Shown here in pieces: positions 24,270-38,881 of a stretch of DNA of 64,000 nt; the stretch's first letter is position 1, and each line of letters starts with the position of its first letter. Source of the DNA: Carcharhinus longimanus (taxonomy: Eukaryota); the NCBI GenBank assembly GCA_030264375.1, contig JASCQW010000043.1:92061688-92125687 (forward strand), read 5' to 3'. Below the pieces are notes generated by a model that saw nothing but the letters and a program-made list of their open reading frames with translations, was not told where the DNA came from and did not search any database. A program made the position numbers and the translations under genes.

Positions 24270-25320
24270 AAATCTCCCATCTATGGTGGTTGATCAATGG
24301 ATTCTATCATAAGGTACTGGAGGATAGCCTAGAGAGTTTCTGTGGATTCACAATTGAGGAGTTGTTGAAAATGTTCTTCCCAAATTGACAAATTGCATTG
24401 TCATCCTTAAAAAGAAAGATATCATCCTGTGGATGAAGGAGTTTTTGTCCATTTGACCTTGGTTGATAGATGGTTGAAGTTGCTTCAAAAAGTATCAGTC
24501 TCCCACATGGATCACTTCAATCTTTGACTTGAACAATGATATAATCCAGGAATGCCAGTGCTTTGATCTAAGATGCCTCCATGTAGTTTTGTATTTGTCT
24601 TTCTGGTGGGACAAGGTGTTTGTTACAATAAGGCCATGCTGAACACACTATCAGCAGGGGGATACTCTATTGGCTTTTTAAAAACATTGGCTTTTTCTAC
24701 CCTTTCTTTCCAATGGTTCCTCTCCAGACATCAGAATCACAGCCAATCATGATATTAAAGTGCCCCAAAAGGATGATCTTTTCTTCCTTTATGGTGGAAG
24801 TGAGGACCTCATCGAGGTCAGAATTGAACTTTTCACTAACGTCAACAGAATTAAGGAGGACAATCTCTGATAATGGTGGCATATTGATTACGGTTGAGTT
24901 GCAGATTACAACCGTGAGCCTTTCATTTATACAGTCAGTGCATCCAAGATCCTGTTCCAGATAGACACGAGTGTCACTGTAAGCTTTTCCTTTCCTATAG
25001 AAAGCATATCCCACGGCTTGCTTCTTCAGCTGTTCCCTCCCCCAAGAGACTGGGTCTCACAGAGGACAGTGATGTTAATCAGGCGTTTTGATAGCTTATG
25101 ATTGAGTTCCTTCTTTCCAGATGGTTTCTCTTGAGATTGCCCCGAGTGTTCTAACNNNNNNNNNNNNNNNNNNNNNNNNNNNNNNNNNNNNNNNNNNNNN
25201 NNNNNNNNNNNNNNNNNNNNNNNNNNNNNNNNNNNNNNNNNNNNNNNNNNNNNNNCGAGTGTTCTAACATTCCAAGTTGCAAAATTTAAGGTGTTCTTTC
25301 TTTGACCAAGAATGTAGTGA
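24270..25320 (-). mobile_element. Decayed RTE-clade LINE, AP-endonuclease region
   Basis: LNFATWNVRTL, INITVLCETQ, GYAFYRKGK and EKIILLGHFNIMIGCDSDVWRGTIGKKG correspond to the RTE motifs TWNVRTL and LLGDFNARVG. Confidence 0.8.
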
Positions 25321-26779
25321 TAAGAACATAAGAACATAATCCTGCAGGGTGTGGTTCTCCAGTCACGAGAAAATGGGACAGCCTAATTTTAGGGCAATTT
25401 TCTAGTCCCCTCCCCATTTGCAGTGGGCATAGGTCTGCTCAGCTGCAGATGCTAAGAACATAAGAACATAAGATGCTGCCGCGCAAAGACACCTCTGACT
25501 CAACATAAGTGTACAACGACCTTCACATACCTGTTACCTGTGTGCAGATTCTTCACTAGGAGATTCCAGAATCACAGCCTCGTCCCCATGACCAATTCTC
25601 CATCTGCACAGGACTTGGCAAATACACTCTGGTGGAAGCCTGCATGTGAATTCATTTAAGTTGGGTCCATGGGAAGCTGTTGTTGTCCTCACAGGGTTGG
25701 TGGTCAGATTTCAGTGATGCATCAAACAATGCAGTTTGGGACCATGCTGTCCCTGCAGCTGAGGTTCATAGTCTTCCTTCACCTGTTTGGTCATTGAGGA
25801 CATTCTGGGCCATACTTTGTCTGGCACCACTCCTGATCTTCCATGAGTAGTCCTATCAGGAGCAAGGAACTCCTGACAGCCTTGCTCAAGGATTCCTCAG
25901 AGCTCACAAGCCTTTCTAAAGCACATGGTGATCCACGGAGAACCAAAGCAGTAAACCTTTTGGAATACAGGACATGCATGCAAGATGTTCCCTTTTATGG
26001 CTCAAAATCAAAGGGCTGGCTTCAGTTAATGCAGGATCAAATAATAAGAATTTATGGCAGAAATAGAAATTGCTGGGAGAGAGAGAGTTTAATCCTCCAG
26101 CAATCTCTCATTCAAATTTCTGGTGAGGAAAAAATTTTTGAGAACATCTCTTTGCTAAAGCTCCTTTCATGGGGACTTGGATTAAGATTGGATTTAAACA
26201 TCCACCATATTGAAGACAAAAGTACCTTAAATAACTCATCAAAAGCTTATGAACATGTCTTGGGACAACAATGTTTAATGACTTTCTTGGCAGTATGTCT
26301 AATTCTAGTGTGATTTTCCTGAGGATGATAGACTGGAATACAGCTAAGTTCTGAGATAAATTCAGTGATCAGATCCTTTAGCCAGACTAGTGCACAGCAT
26401 ACCAGGCCATTGGTGATGATTAACGATTCAGCCAGGCTTGTTGATCCAATTTAGGGTGAGGGACACACCAGTCACTGGAGTCTTGAATATATTTCCTGTC
26501 AGCTTCAGATTACTAACTGGGGCATTTCAAGGTTAAGTAGTACTAACTAGATATGGTGCAGAAAGTTCACCAGTGCTTTGTGTTGGTAAGCTAGGCAAAT
26601 GTAACTGGTTAAACCTCAGCAGCACTCAGAAAACTCTAAGGTCTCCAAGGCTTAACCCCTGCCAACCTTTGTTCTCAGGATAAGTCAGGTATGCTTCTAT
26701 GGTAAAGTAGTGGGAACTCCACCCTGGGAGATTAGAAACTATACCTGGGGAACTAAACTCAAGGGGAGTGTGGATTGGA

Positions 26780-27660
26780 GAATGTGAGCCGCTCTGTGGT
26801 TGATGTAGATTCCATTCAAGCAGGTTCATAAAATTAGCATGCAGGTGCAGCAAGCAATAAGGAAGGCAAATGACGTGTTAGTATTTATTGCAAGAGAATT
26901 GGAGTACAAAAATAAAGAAGTTAGATATGGAAGAAATTAAATACAGCTCTTGGGGCTAAAGGGATCAAGGGATATGGGGGAAAGGGGGAATCAGGACATT
27001 GAATTCAATGATCAAAATGAATAGCAGGGCAGGCTTGAAGGGCCAAATAGCCTCCCCTTGCTTCTAGTTTCCATATTTCTATTTCTTGTTACAGTTGTAT
27101 AGGGTTTTAGTGAGACTGCATCTGGAGTACTCTATGTAGTTTTGGTCTCCACATTTAACAAAGGATACACTCTCAGTGGAGGCGGTACAGCGAAAGGTTC
27201 ACTAGATTGGTCCTTAGGATGAGAGGGTGTCCTACAATGAGAGGCTGAGTAAATTGGGTTCAGTGGTTAGAAGAATGAGCAGTGATCTCATTGAAAACTA
27301 AAAAATTCTGAAGTGGCTTGATAGGATGGATATTGAGAAATTGTTTCTGCTGGTCAGTGATCTAAAACACGGTGGCACAGTCTTTGGATAAGAGGTCAAT
27401 AATAACTGAGTTGTGGAGAAATTTCTTCACTCAAAAGCTTTGAATCTTTGGAATTCTCGAACATCAAGGTTTGTGGGTGGTCCATTGTTGAGTACATTTA
27501 AGATTGGGAGAAGCAGATGTTTAGTGTCTCGGGGAATTAAGGGATATAGAGAACGAACGGGAAAATGAAGTTGAAGCCCAAAATCAGCCATGATCGTATT
27601 GATTGACAAGGCAGGTCTGACGGGCCATTTGGCCTACTCCTGCTCCTATTTCTTGCGTTC
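26780..27660 (+). mobile_element. CR1 LINE 3' portion with a nested CR1 tail
   Basis: QVQQAIRKANDVLVFIARELEYKNKEV and LVRLHLEYS, with the tail GGCCTACTCCTGCTCCTATTTCTT. Confidence 0.85.
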
Positions 27661-28939
27661 TCACATTCACCGCTAAGAGCTGCAGCCAAGGAATTTTACC
27701 ATTCCAAGTATTTGCATTGTTTCCTAAAATTCATTAGAACATAGATCATGAAAACCTAATAGCTGTTTTTATCAATATTCCTGGATAATGGAAAATATAA
27801 ATAGTGAAACTGCTTAACCTATAAAATATATTTTGAAACAAATTCTCTTCGAAAAACACATGCCAATAATTCAATATAACTAATTCAAAGATTAAAACAT
27901 AATGTAACACTAGTACATTTCTGTGTCTGCATTCCCTTTAATTCTGTTTGAACACAGCAGATTTGAAACTCTTTCTTAAATAAAGAACACTTCACGGTTC
28001 ATCTTTGAAAGCTCCTTTTGTGACCTTAGCTGGAAACGGCACTCTAGGCAGTGCTAGTAAGATGCAGACCTTCCACTTCAGTTCAGAGCAATTGCACATC
28101 TCTGTCAGAATCACCTGCAGAGACTGACAGTAAACAAATTCAGGTATCAGAGTGATTTTTACTTGTGCACTGCAAAGTCATTCTCTGACTGAACACCATC
28201 AGTAACCCATTAAATCCTCAGCTCAGTGCTAGTTTCTGGAGACTGTGTTATGTGTGCAGTTCCTCGCTATCATTTAGCCACTGGTCTATATCATTGCTGA
28301 AATCTCAAGTATGAGATTATTTTTTGTATAAGGATAAAGCTATGCTGTAGTGTATCACACACATTCAGTTACAATTGCAGACCTACCAACTTGGTGTAAC
28401 TACGTCCCCCTCCCATTGAGAAAGGAAGTTCTTGAATGAAATGTTACTTTTGCCGAAAGTGCTATCACAATGAATACAACATCGAGCCCCTTGTATAACC
28501 CAACCCGATATGTTTGATAGATTTCAATCACCAGAGAAAATTTTTCACAGAAAGATCTCCTGGAAGATACTTCCTTTGACAGAAAATGAAGTCTGTGTGT
28601 TCAAATCATAAAGGGAAAAAAACTGCAAGTCTGAAATAAAAAAGAAAATGATAGAAATACGCAAAAATGTTAGCCAGCAACTGCAGAGAAAAGATTGGTT
28701 TTGGGTATGATGTCTGCATCAAAGATGTTCATTTAATGGGCTCATCAAGGTCAATCTTTAAATGCAATCCCTATTGCTGTGGAGAGTAAATCAGACACAG
28801 AAGGCCCTACTGGCAAATAGAATTCATCAGACATCCTTTCACTCATATTACATCAATTGAGTATAACATACAACATACTTGCACAAACTGCTTTAAACAC
28901 TTAGCAAGCTTGCCTGTTATAAGCTCCCGACCATTTGTT

Positions 28940-29290
28940 CATAGAACCCTTGGGTTTTATAGCACAGAAGTAGCCATTCAGCCTATCATGCCTTTGTTGT
29001 CTTTCTGAAGGAGCTATTCCCAGAGGTCTATTGTTCTGTCTTTGCAAATGCCTATTCTTGACATCTTTTTTAAAACTTATTATTGATTCTATTTCCAGAA
29101 GGTTTCTAGAAGAGCATTTCATGTACCAACAATGATCTGTATAAAAACATTTCTCCTTACTCCACCATCTATTTTTCTACTGATGATCTTGAAGTTATAT
29201 CTGGGATGCCTCAGTTTTGTGTCAACCCTAAATTCAGGTTCAACCTCATTGTTCTCTCTTGCATATCCCTTAAAATCCTTCTGATCCTTA
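28940..29290 (-). mobile_element. CR1 3' fragment
   Basis: It begins with an ATAGAA...AGCCATTCAGCCTATC tail, the reverse-strand CR1 3' UTR pattern. Confidence 0.55.
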
Positions 29291-30622
29291 AAAAGAAGGC
29301 ATTTACCTTCACACCCAATGTCTATTCATACAATAGTTTGATCCAGAGGGTCACCACAATGAAAGTCCTCATTGTACAAACTGGACACTATGGCCTTGAC
29401 GTTAACAGCTCCTATGATAAATGGGAGAAGGTTGGGACTCTATAGAATGCAAAGAAAGGAACACAACCCTAATCCACTACATTCCCGTGTGCTGCCACTG
29501 TGGTGAGGTAGAAGAATTAATTAACACTAGACTTTGTAATGTTAAGCTGATTTAAATTTAACAATTGACATATGGTTTTCTACCTTTGCCCTTCCTCGAA
29601 CCCTTCCCACCTCCTCATGAGTGTCAGACAAATGTACCCTCTAACTTTTATAATGTGCAATTAATGAATTTAAATGCGCAGTCGTTTAAATTTTTTGAAT
29701 GTGCACTAGCAATATTTCAAAGGAACCAACTCATGCATGGCCTATACAGGAACTTCTGTGGTTGCACAAATTAGAAGGAGCATTGATTAGCACCCATTAT
29801 TTTGCTCATATCTCCACTTGCATTTTTCATATCTTTTGCAAGGTGAATTGATAAGCATCTCGAGAGATTAAGCCAAACTATGTAAACAACCAAACATCTA
29901 GGTGGTAATTTTAGGTGCTAAAATGTATCTAAAATGGGGTTTTAAGCCAAAGGCTGGTATAGCCCATGTTTAGTACAAGATGCCATAAAAGAATTGAAGC
30001 AAAAGTTCTGATCTTAAATTTCCTGCCAGGGCTTATTAAGGAGGCTCCATATTATTTTGGTGCCAAGTACATGACCTAATGTCCCCAACCTGCCTTTCCC
30101 ATCAAAAGAAGCCAGTTAATTGGTAGTAATCACATCTTTGTAGAAGACTTCAACTGCTACTTAAAGGCTTGATCTGCAGGGAGGACATGGCATGAGGCAG
30201 AACAGCACCAGCTGCCACAAGAGAGACAAGGGGGACAAGGATGATGATGTGGCATCCTTCACCCAAATATACAGGACAGCATTCCTCTTATGGGCCTCTT
30301 CTACCAGACTCTCCAGACAGTGCTGCATCTGAGAGCATGCACCCTCTTACTTAGTCTGAGTCATCATGAAGTACGCTTCTATGTATCATCTAGTCCATAC
30401 CAAACCTTCAATGGATGGAGCTCACTTATATTGTTCCACAAGAATTGTGTCTAAGCAGTTTCTGAATGCTTAACATGCAGGACTCTGGTTTAATACTTCC
30501 AGGCATGTTTTAATAGCACAGAACCCATTTAACACATGATTTTGTCCTTCCACCAAAGCAACTCCTCCCAATATATGAATGAACAAAATAAAATTTAGTG
30601 AATTTCAATTTATTTCATAACT

Positions 30623-30873
30623 AAGGGTGTCTTAGTCTACAGGGAGACTTGGACAAGTTGCAGAGCTGGGCCGAGAGGTGGAGGATGGAGTTTAATGCGN
30701 NNNNNNNNNNNNNNNNNNNNNNNNNNNNNNNNNNNNNNNNNNNNNNNNNNNNNNNNNNNNNNNNNNNNNNNNNNNNNNNNNNNNNNNNNNNNNNNNNNNT
30801 TTTAACTGGTCGGCGCAACATCGTGGGCCGAAGGGCCTGTTCTGCGCTGTAATGTTCTATGTTCTATGTTCTA
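30623..30873 (+). mobile_element. Young CR1 copy collapsed around an N-gap
   Basis: LQGDLDKLQSWAERWRMEFNA, with the tail GGGCCGAAGGGCCTGTTCTGCGCTGTAATGTTCTATGTTCTATG and CpGs intact. Confidence 0.85.
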
Positions 30874-32529
30874 AAATAGTAAATAACTAAGCATACCCTA
30901 CACCCTCGCTGTCTATTGGAGAGTGTATTTTTCATGTAGAATTCACTACAAATTGACATGTACCTTTAAATTTAGCAGCTCCACCTGAGGTCAGAGGAAA
31001 CTAGCAGAAAATGACTGCCTGTCTTTCACTTTTATTATTTTTTGATTTACGTGTGATGCAGGAGATTTGCATGTGCAATGTCCAAAGTGTGAAGTACGAC
31101 AGAAACATCTCAAACCTTTTACATTAAAAAAATCCCCACTGACTTTACCTTTAAAGAATTTAATTTTTCACCAATCTTCAACAATCCACGTCTTTGTTGA
31201 TGCCCAGTTTCTGCGTTGCAAAATACTAAAGTTCAGTATTCAATCGATTTGTTGAAAAAAAAGAGTATTTGCATCGTTGCTACACATAGAAACCCACAGT
31301 GCCACTGATTTCTTATCCTGAAAGTGCACATCTCACAAATGCTGAAATTAAAGAGATAGTTTTCCGTTTAACTTATATTCTGTACAAAATGCATTTTTAT
31401 GCAGTCATTTCTTGTGATGTTGAAAGCATTGCCCTGATATTGGATTCCTGACATGTGGCAGAAATATGTTGTAAGCAAAGCTCTCTGTCAATTACAGTGA
31501 CGTCTGTGACATGCTGATGTCACTTGCTTTCATTCTGGCTCAGCCTTTGCATTCATGAGAGAAGAATGTTTTCTTCTTGAGTGACAAGAAAGGGTGGCAA
31601 ATGGATAAAAGGAGTCAAAAGTAAGACTTGGTATCTTTTTGCCTGTTTTTGTAAACAAGCTTGAAGCCTTTTCCAGATGTTATACAGATTTTTTTGACGG
31701 TGTCATTTTTATTTTGATCTGGGAATGGACTGGGATAAAGTCAGGTTTTTAAATATAAACCTCTATGAACTCCAGTTGTTACAGGCTCGATAATAAATGT
31801 AATAAAATCCACCATTTATCATCAACAGAGTTACCAATGTACCAATATCAATCCACCTCAATGTGCCATTACAGTCAAAGGTACCAAGATGCCAGAATGT
31901 TACCCTTCTACCACCATCACACAGCAATTGCCAATGAACTGGCATATAGCCATCAGTCACCTAATATATTCTGTTATTATTGTATGATATACAGTCACCA
32001 ATGTACTCAAATACATTTACTATTGTATCATTTACAGTCACAAATACACCTTCATATATAGTCATAAATGTACCATCATGCCCAGTCATTACACTATCAT
32101 ATGTATAGATATTAGTGTATCATGTAGAAACATAACTGTACAATCATATATAGTCAGTATTGCATCTTCCTACACAGTCATTACTGCAACATCAGGCACA
32201 ATTACTACTTTTTGGTTATTTTTGGCTCTGCTATTTTCTTGCATACCTTTATGTCTAAGACACAAGATTTGAGTTGCAGTCACTAACTGTCACCATAATA
32301 TGTCACCTACATAATAGCATATAAGCGTCAAGCATAAAATGAAAGACATATTAATTATATACTGTTACCTGATTATACCCATGATCAAAATACAGAGCAA
32401 TTAGTGTTTTGATATCCTCTACCATCACAAAGATGCTACCTCCATATATATACACTGTGCCACAATTATATATAACCCTTAACAGACCAGTTCATGTTAC
32501 TAAACCAATTATCATAACTAATCAGCTGT

Positions 32530-33180
32530 CAGCTCTGGTTCAGTGGAAGCATGAGTCAGAAAGTTGTGGGTTCAAGTCCCACTCCAGAGACATGAACACA
32601 CATTCTAGGCTAACATTCAGTACTGAGGGAATGCACTGTTGGAGCTGCCATCTTTCAGATGATATGTTCAACTGAGGCTGTTTCTTCCTCTCAGTTGGAC
32701 ATAAAAGATCCCACTGCTCTATTAAGAAGATCAGTGGACTTCTCCAGATGGTGTAAAAACACAAAGGGCAGGAAAAGCTCAGTAGGTCTGGGAGTAGCTA
32801 TGGAGAAAGAAACACAGTTAACATTTTGAGTTCAAAATGGCTCTTCTTTAGAATCCTGAAGTTCTGAAGAGGTGTCATATTGGACTCAAAACATTAACTC
32901 TATTCCACGCTCCACAGATGCTGCCAACTCAGCTATGTTTTTCCAGCAATTCCTGCTTTTATTTCACATCTCCAGCATTTTGCTTTTATTTTAGAGTTTG
33001 TCCAGTATCCTGGCCAATTTTTATCCCTAAACTACATTATTGTAATAAATGATCTTATCGTTGGTCTCTCTTTTGTTTTTGGGACCTTGTAGTGTTCAAA
33101 TTGGCTGCTGCATTTCACTACAAAATAACGGCAGCAGTGAAGGACTTCACTGAATGTCCAAAGATTATTAAAGACACCAT
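32530..33180 (+). mobile_element. Deu-domain SINE split by an inverted-repeat Penelope-like insertion (about 32755-32995)
   Basis: GGTTCAAGTCCCACTCCAGAGAC, AGTACTGAGGGA and GGACATAAAAGATCCCA; the SINE resumes at TCCTGGCCAATTTTTATCCCT (33008). Confidence 0.75.
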
Positions 33181-33853
33181 GGGTGGAATTTTATGATCTT
33201 TCTTCAAAGTGTTGTCTTGGGTGAGAAAAGAGGAGGGCATCAGGTACCTTGTTGGCTTTTCCAGTCAAATTTTAAAGCACTTTGGGAAGAACAATGGAAG
33301 GGGATTGACATCATGCTGGCGGGGTGGACCTCAGACTGCTGACAAATCAGGGTGCTGTTTTTAAAGAATGCCCCAATCTGAAAAAAATAAAAACAAAAAA
33401 AGGAACAACCCCACAGAAATGGAAACCTCATGCCAGGAACAACCCCACCTCCCCAATGGAAGCCTACCCCTCAGCACTACCCAGGAATAACCCTCTCCCC
33501 TCTGCTGGGGGTTGTACTTACCTGTTCTCCCCTGTTGGGGGCTGTTAGCCAGATTCCCATTCGTCAGGACCTGTTGTAAATCTAACCAAAATGAGGGGGG
33601 GGGGGGGGGGGGGGGTGGGGGGGGGAGGCGGATTCCTAGGTGGGGGAGAATACACCAGGGAAGCCCACTAATATTTATATGTATGGTAACGGAGTTCCCT
33701 ATCTTCCATGGCAGAAACCCCATTACGCCATTGGCAAAGGATGGGGACAATTAAGTGGGGCAATCCCACCAGCGTGAAAGTCATTTGGGATTCTCAATTC
33801 TCCGCCTCCACCACCATTTCCACCTACTGAAAACAGGGGTAGGAAAATTACCC
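33181..33853. mobile_element. GC-rich TIR element (MITE-like) with an internal poly-G tract
   Basis: Ends are GGGTGGAATTTT and GGAAAATTACCC; the poly-G tract lies at about 33595-33625. Confidence 0.6.
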
Positions 33854-36352
33854 TTGTATAAATGTGACTTCTTTAACCATTGACATGGTGTCATAATGGT
33901 GCCTTTGTAACCACATCCATTCACCAAAGTACATCAACATGGTAAATCATAATGTATCACCAGCCTGTAATCACATATCTCAAATGAAAAGTGAACAACC
34001 TTGCCTAGTAGTCACCAATCCACGTTACACATAAGGTCAAAGGTCTGCCCCATTAGCAAAGTTGCAAAACATGTCAACACAATGTTTAGTAACTTCACTG
34101 AAATAAAACTGGACCACTTAAGTTCAATCAAAAGTCAACAAATGTGACTATTGTATTCAGCCAACCATGAGTACAAACATAAAGCATGTCACTAAGCCAT
34201 AACTTTAACCATTCAGAGAAACACTATGACCATAATGTGCAGGCACAGTGATGAGCAGTGAGTACTGCAGACTCTTCCAAAAAAGTATCATTGTACTGTT
34301 GGCATTTTAAAATATCTCCTTTACAGTCACACTCCTGACATAAAGATTTTACTAATTGGTTTGTAGTGTGCTACCAGTTTATTGACATTATCTGGTGGAA
34401 CTGAATTCCCACTGGAAGCAAATGTCAACTTAAAAAAAGCCATTTCTATCTTGTCAAGTTGCTTGGGGTATTGTAGTCAACATAATAGTAAATTTAATCT
34501 CCAATCATTACCTCAAACATTATCTCACTTTTTGTTCTGAAACTTGGTTGTCTTAATTTTTTTAATCAATTCCTCATTTTTTTTTAATTTCCATTGTTTG
34601 CAGAAATTGAAATACATGATTATCAATAGCTTAAACTTATTTCAATGCATAGTTTGAATACTTGCAAAGAAATAGGGCCTCTTGAGATGCGAATGTAGGT
34701 CAATCAAGACTATAAAGCGATAGCTATAAAGCCAATCTGTGCTCTATCAAGGTATCTTGTTAAATTACTCTTAGTTTTTTATAACAACACTTCCTATATC
34801 TGTTGCTCATGTTATGTTGTCAGTAAAGATTATTTTTCTATTTCCTTGTCAATAGTATTTTTTACAGTGTAATTGGTTATTATCCACCTTAGTTTCCCAG
34901 TCTTATCATTATGCAAAACCTTTCTCCCAATATTTGCATTTTCTAATCACATTCCAGCAAAAAAGCTAAGCAATGATTTTCCATTAAATTTAAGTGCATC
35001 ATCCAATCCCATATATTTGGAAAGTGCAGAAGGAAGCCATTTGGTCCCTTGAGCCAGTTTCCTGTTCCCTCCGTCCCTTTATTTAGCAGCCTCAAACCTC
35101 TCACGACATTCCCAGCTTCAACCTTCACCTGGTTATTATCAATTCACAATCCCATCTCCCCGTTATAGTACCCACCCAACTCAATCTGCTCTCACTGCCA
35201 ATATAAGCACTATTTCATACTGATCAACAATATCCTCAAGTTTATTGGAAGATAAAAATGAGCTGGGTGTAAGATGGGTTGTTAATTATCTATTCTCCAT
35301 TTTGGACCACCACCCACAAGAAATTTCACCTCATCACCGTTTAAGTGTCACATGTGGTTTAAGTCAATGGCTTCTCAAAACAACAGGTTCGGTACTCTTG
35401 GACTTGATCAGTGTCTTGTGATAACTTATGAGAGGTACTTTTCCTTAGTCTGTGCCTAGGAACAGCAAATATCTGAAAACAGGCCGTCGAAGCATTGGCC
35501 TATAAAGGGACCATCGCAGTTTTGGAATATTCAACGCACCCTGGCAATCAAGGACATATGGATTCAGACCCATGAGATAACCCAACACCCCATGTGCCCT
35601 CCCCCCCACCTCCTACAATAACACAATGTGCTCTACGTATCAAAATTATTATTTGATCTATAAGAGACCTTTCAAATACAAACACAGTCCTTTTCAGGGC
35701 AAGAATTAATTTGACTTTAATTTCAAAGAACTGCATAATTCTTTTTTTGGCAACAGTCGTCCAATTAAAACAGAATATGACAAGTAAAAATGGCCTACTC
35801 AACCTGAAACTAGAAACATCATTAGTTGGCTTTAAGATTCTCGTTTCATCATAATTCTCTGGGAAAAAAAAAGAGTTATTTTGCTTGGTTTAACAGTTTG
35901 CAATGGGGGAGCAACAGGGAGGATACCCTTAAAGTGAACTAACCTAAAATCAAAGTGTTCAAAATGGTAATACCTATGTTTTAAATAACCAGCGTTTGTA
36001 AGCACTTGTCTCAAATTATTGAAGATTATTGATTAAAGATTATTCATAATACACAATGTTGCTGCAGGCATTTTTCTAGAATTTGTCTTTGCTAATAAGG
36101 AACTTTGTAGTTTTAAAATAATATGATGCAAGAAAGTGGCTAAAGAACCTGGTGGGAGATGAAGAGAATTTCTTTTGCGCAGTCTGTTGTCATAATTTGG
36201 AATACACTGCCCGAAGCAGATTCAGTAGTAACTTTCAAAAAGGAATTGATCATATATATTTGAAAAGAAAGAAAAATCAAGGCTATGGAAAAAGCAGGGT
36301 GTGGAACTAATTGGGTAGGTCTTTATGAATATAAAATAACTCCTCATTTAAT

Positions 36353-36810
36353 GGCAGCACGGGGCACAGTGGCTAGCACTGCTGCTTCACAGTGCCAAGA
36401 ACCTAGGTTTGATTCCCAGCTTGGATGACTGTCTGTGTGGAGTCTGCACATTCTCCCTGTGTCTACATGGGTTTCGTCCGGGTGCTCCAGTATCCTTTCA
36501 CAGTCCAAAAGATATGCTGGTTAGGTGCATTGGCCATGCTAAATTCTCCCTCAGTGTACCCGGACAGGTGCCAGTGTGGCATGACTCGAGGATTTTCACA
36601 GTAACTTCATTGCAGTGTTAATGTAAGCCTACTTGTGACACTAATAAAGAAACTTAAACAAAGGTGTGTAGGTTAAATGGATTAGCTGTGGTAATTGTGC
36701 AAGGTTACAGGAAAAGAGCAGCGGGGATGGTCTGGGAGGGATGCTTTTTTGGAGAGTTGGTGCAGATTTGTTGGGCCAAATAACATCTTTCTGCATTGTA
36801 GATATTCTAT
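36353..36810 (+). mobile_element. HE1/V-SINE composite with two alternative tails
   Basis: Head GGCAGCACGGGGCACAGTGGCTAGCACTGCTGC, the V-domain, a CTAATAAA tail, and then a second HE1 3' part. Confidence 0.8.
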
Positions 36811-38881
36811 TTTAAAATAACAAATTAATTTACAGGAGTTACAAGTGTACTACTGCTTATCGGATCACATAAATGAGAGAGAGAGAGCAAACAAAGAAAT
36901 CACCTGAATTGACAAATGATAAGTCCCACACTGATTACCCAAACGCTGTGTGCCAATAGCAAATGTGTGCCTCGTATCACATCCTTCCCCTCAGTTTCAA
37001 AAAAACAAAACCACACAGAGGAACTTCAAAATTTAACCAAAGCAAAACATACAGGAATTACAAGCAGGAACGACAACAACAAATAGTCTTTCAGTGGAAA
37101 TGGAGGCTGGCGCTGCCTTGTGATTGGTGATTAAGGCTGGACTAAAAGGTGTTTCAGGTGCTCCTTTTGGTGTTTGCAAGGAGACTGTGGACAACCCAGT
37201 GGACCAGTGGGGACCTGCATTTTAGGCAAGTTTTCAGTCTTTGGAGCTTTGCTTCTGGGTAACTCAAATCAACTGACAGCAATTCCTGTGGCATGATGAC
37301 TCTCTATCTTGCACCGTGTAACTTCTTGGACCCATCACATGCTTGTTCCAGCACCCCAAGTACTCTTGATAGGTCATTTCATCTGAACCATATCATTTCT
37401 TGAAGTGATTTAACATTTAAAAATACTGTTGACATTACTTCATGCTAACAAGCACCAAAGTGTCTTCCTCAGTAGAATTGCTTTACTGTCAGCATGTTCC
37501 TGCTAAAGGAAATAGTGCCTTCCACCTCTGACCCACATATCTCTGTGATGGATTCCTTCACTTGGTATGTTTAACTAATCTTCAAGAACTAGAAACTGGC
37601 CAGACTCTTTGCATTTCATGAGGAATCATTTGACAGTTATGATGACATTCTCGTCATAATTTACCATTGGACTGCAGATAGTGATGTAATGATGTCACAT
37701 GTCTCAATCCCCTGACAAACATTGCATATTCTGAGGCTATAAATTGTGAGTTACGACTATGCCTGGTATTCCAAATCTTGTAAACATCTTCTGAGGTTCT
37801 CTCAGAACACTGCACTTCATAACAGAAGGGAGACTGCCTACTTTGGTAAAGTTACTGTAATGTTCACATACAATTAGCTCCATGTAAATCACAAACATCA
37901 GCCCAACATTTGGCCAAGGTCTAGCCATAATCTTCTGCCATTGTAATGTTTCCTTATTTGGAGAACTCCAATGAGGAAAACAGATATCACACTTTGCAGT
38001 GTGTTGTTTATATTCTGTTGACATCCTGAGCCAGAAGAGGCAGTCATAGGCTTTTCAACCCTAATCTTCTAAATATTTGTGTCAATATGTGCTGAATACG
38101 TTACTGACATTAATTCATTTTACAACACAGCTAGTACCATTAATTGCTGTCCTTTGAATATCAAATCGCTTTGGACAGTTAGTTCAACTAGAAAGCCTAG
38201 AGTAAAGACGTATGAAGTTAGGTGTCTCTGCCTTGATCCCAAACTAGTTTTGCCAAATGATAATCTGGAATTACTTCTGAACCATGTCATCCATTGCAGC
38301 ATGATAAATTGTTGCCAGCATGAATCTCCAACTGGAAGTAATTTGTGATAGTCAATTTCTTCCAGCACACAAGTTAACATCTGGCAGATATTGTCAATGT
38401 ATCTGCTAGGACCACCTTCTCCCCTTTCTTATAAGTTACTTTCAGACAAGATGTTTTACATCTTAACATCATTCTTTCAAGTCTCTTAAGTGCACTGTTT
38501 AGTGGCTTGCTACTATTAATTCTAATGGACAACAATTTGTTTCAATATTCACCATGTCGTGGCCATCTCCAAGTTTAGCACAATGAATCAGATCACCAGA
38601 AGTTTTTTCTAAACCTGTACATTTGTTGTTTTTACTGAATTGTGCTTGGTGCACACAAAACTTTTGGATCAATGCTACTCCAAGTCCAGATGAAAATGCA
38701 CCACATTGTAAAGTAACATCTACCTTGAGATTGTAATACCCAAGGACTGGCAATATTGGTGACCACTATATATTGCAGTGTCAATTCTTGCAACTCACCT
38801 GAAAACTATTCTTTATCCTGCATTAGGTCTCTGGTGTTTTGGTATGTCTAACTTATGCAGGAGTAATTTACCCACATATTA

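Noticed and set aside
25143-25268. CGAGTGTTCTAAC repeated on both sides of an N-gap
   Set aside because: It could be a TSD around an unassembled insertion or a scaffolding overlap; this cannot be decided from the sequence.
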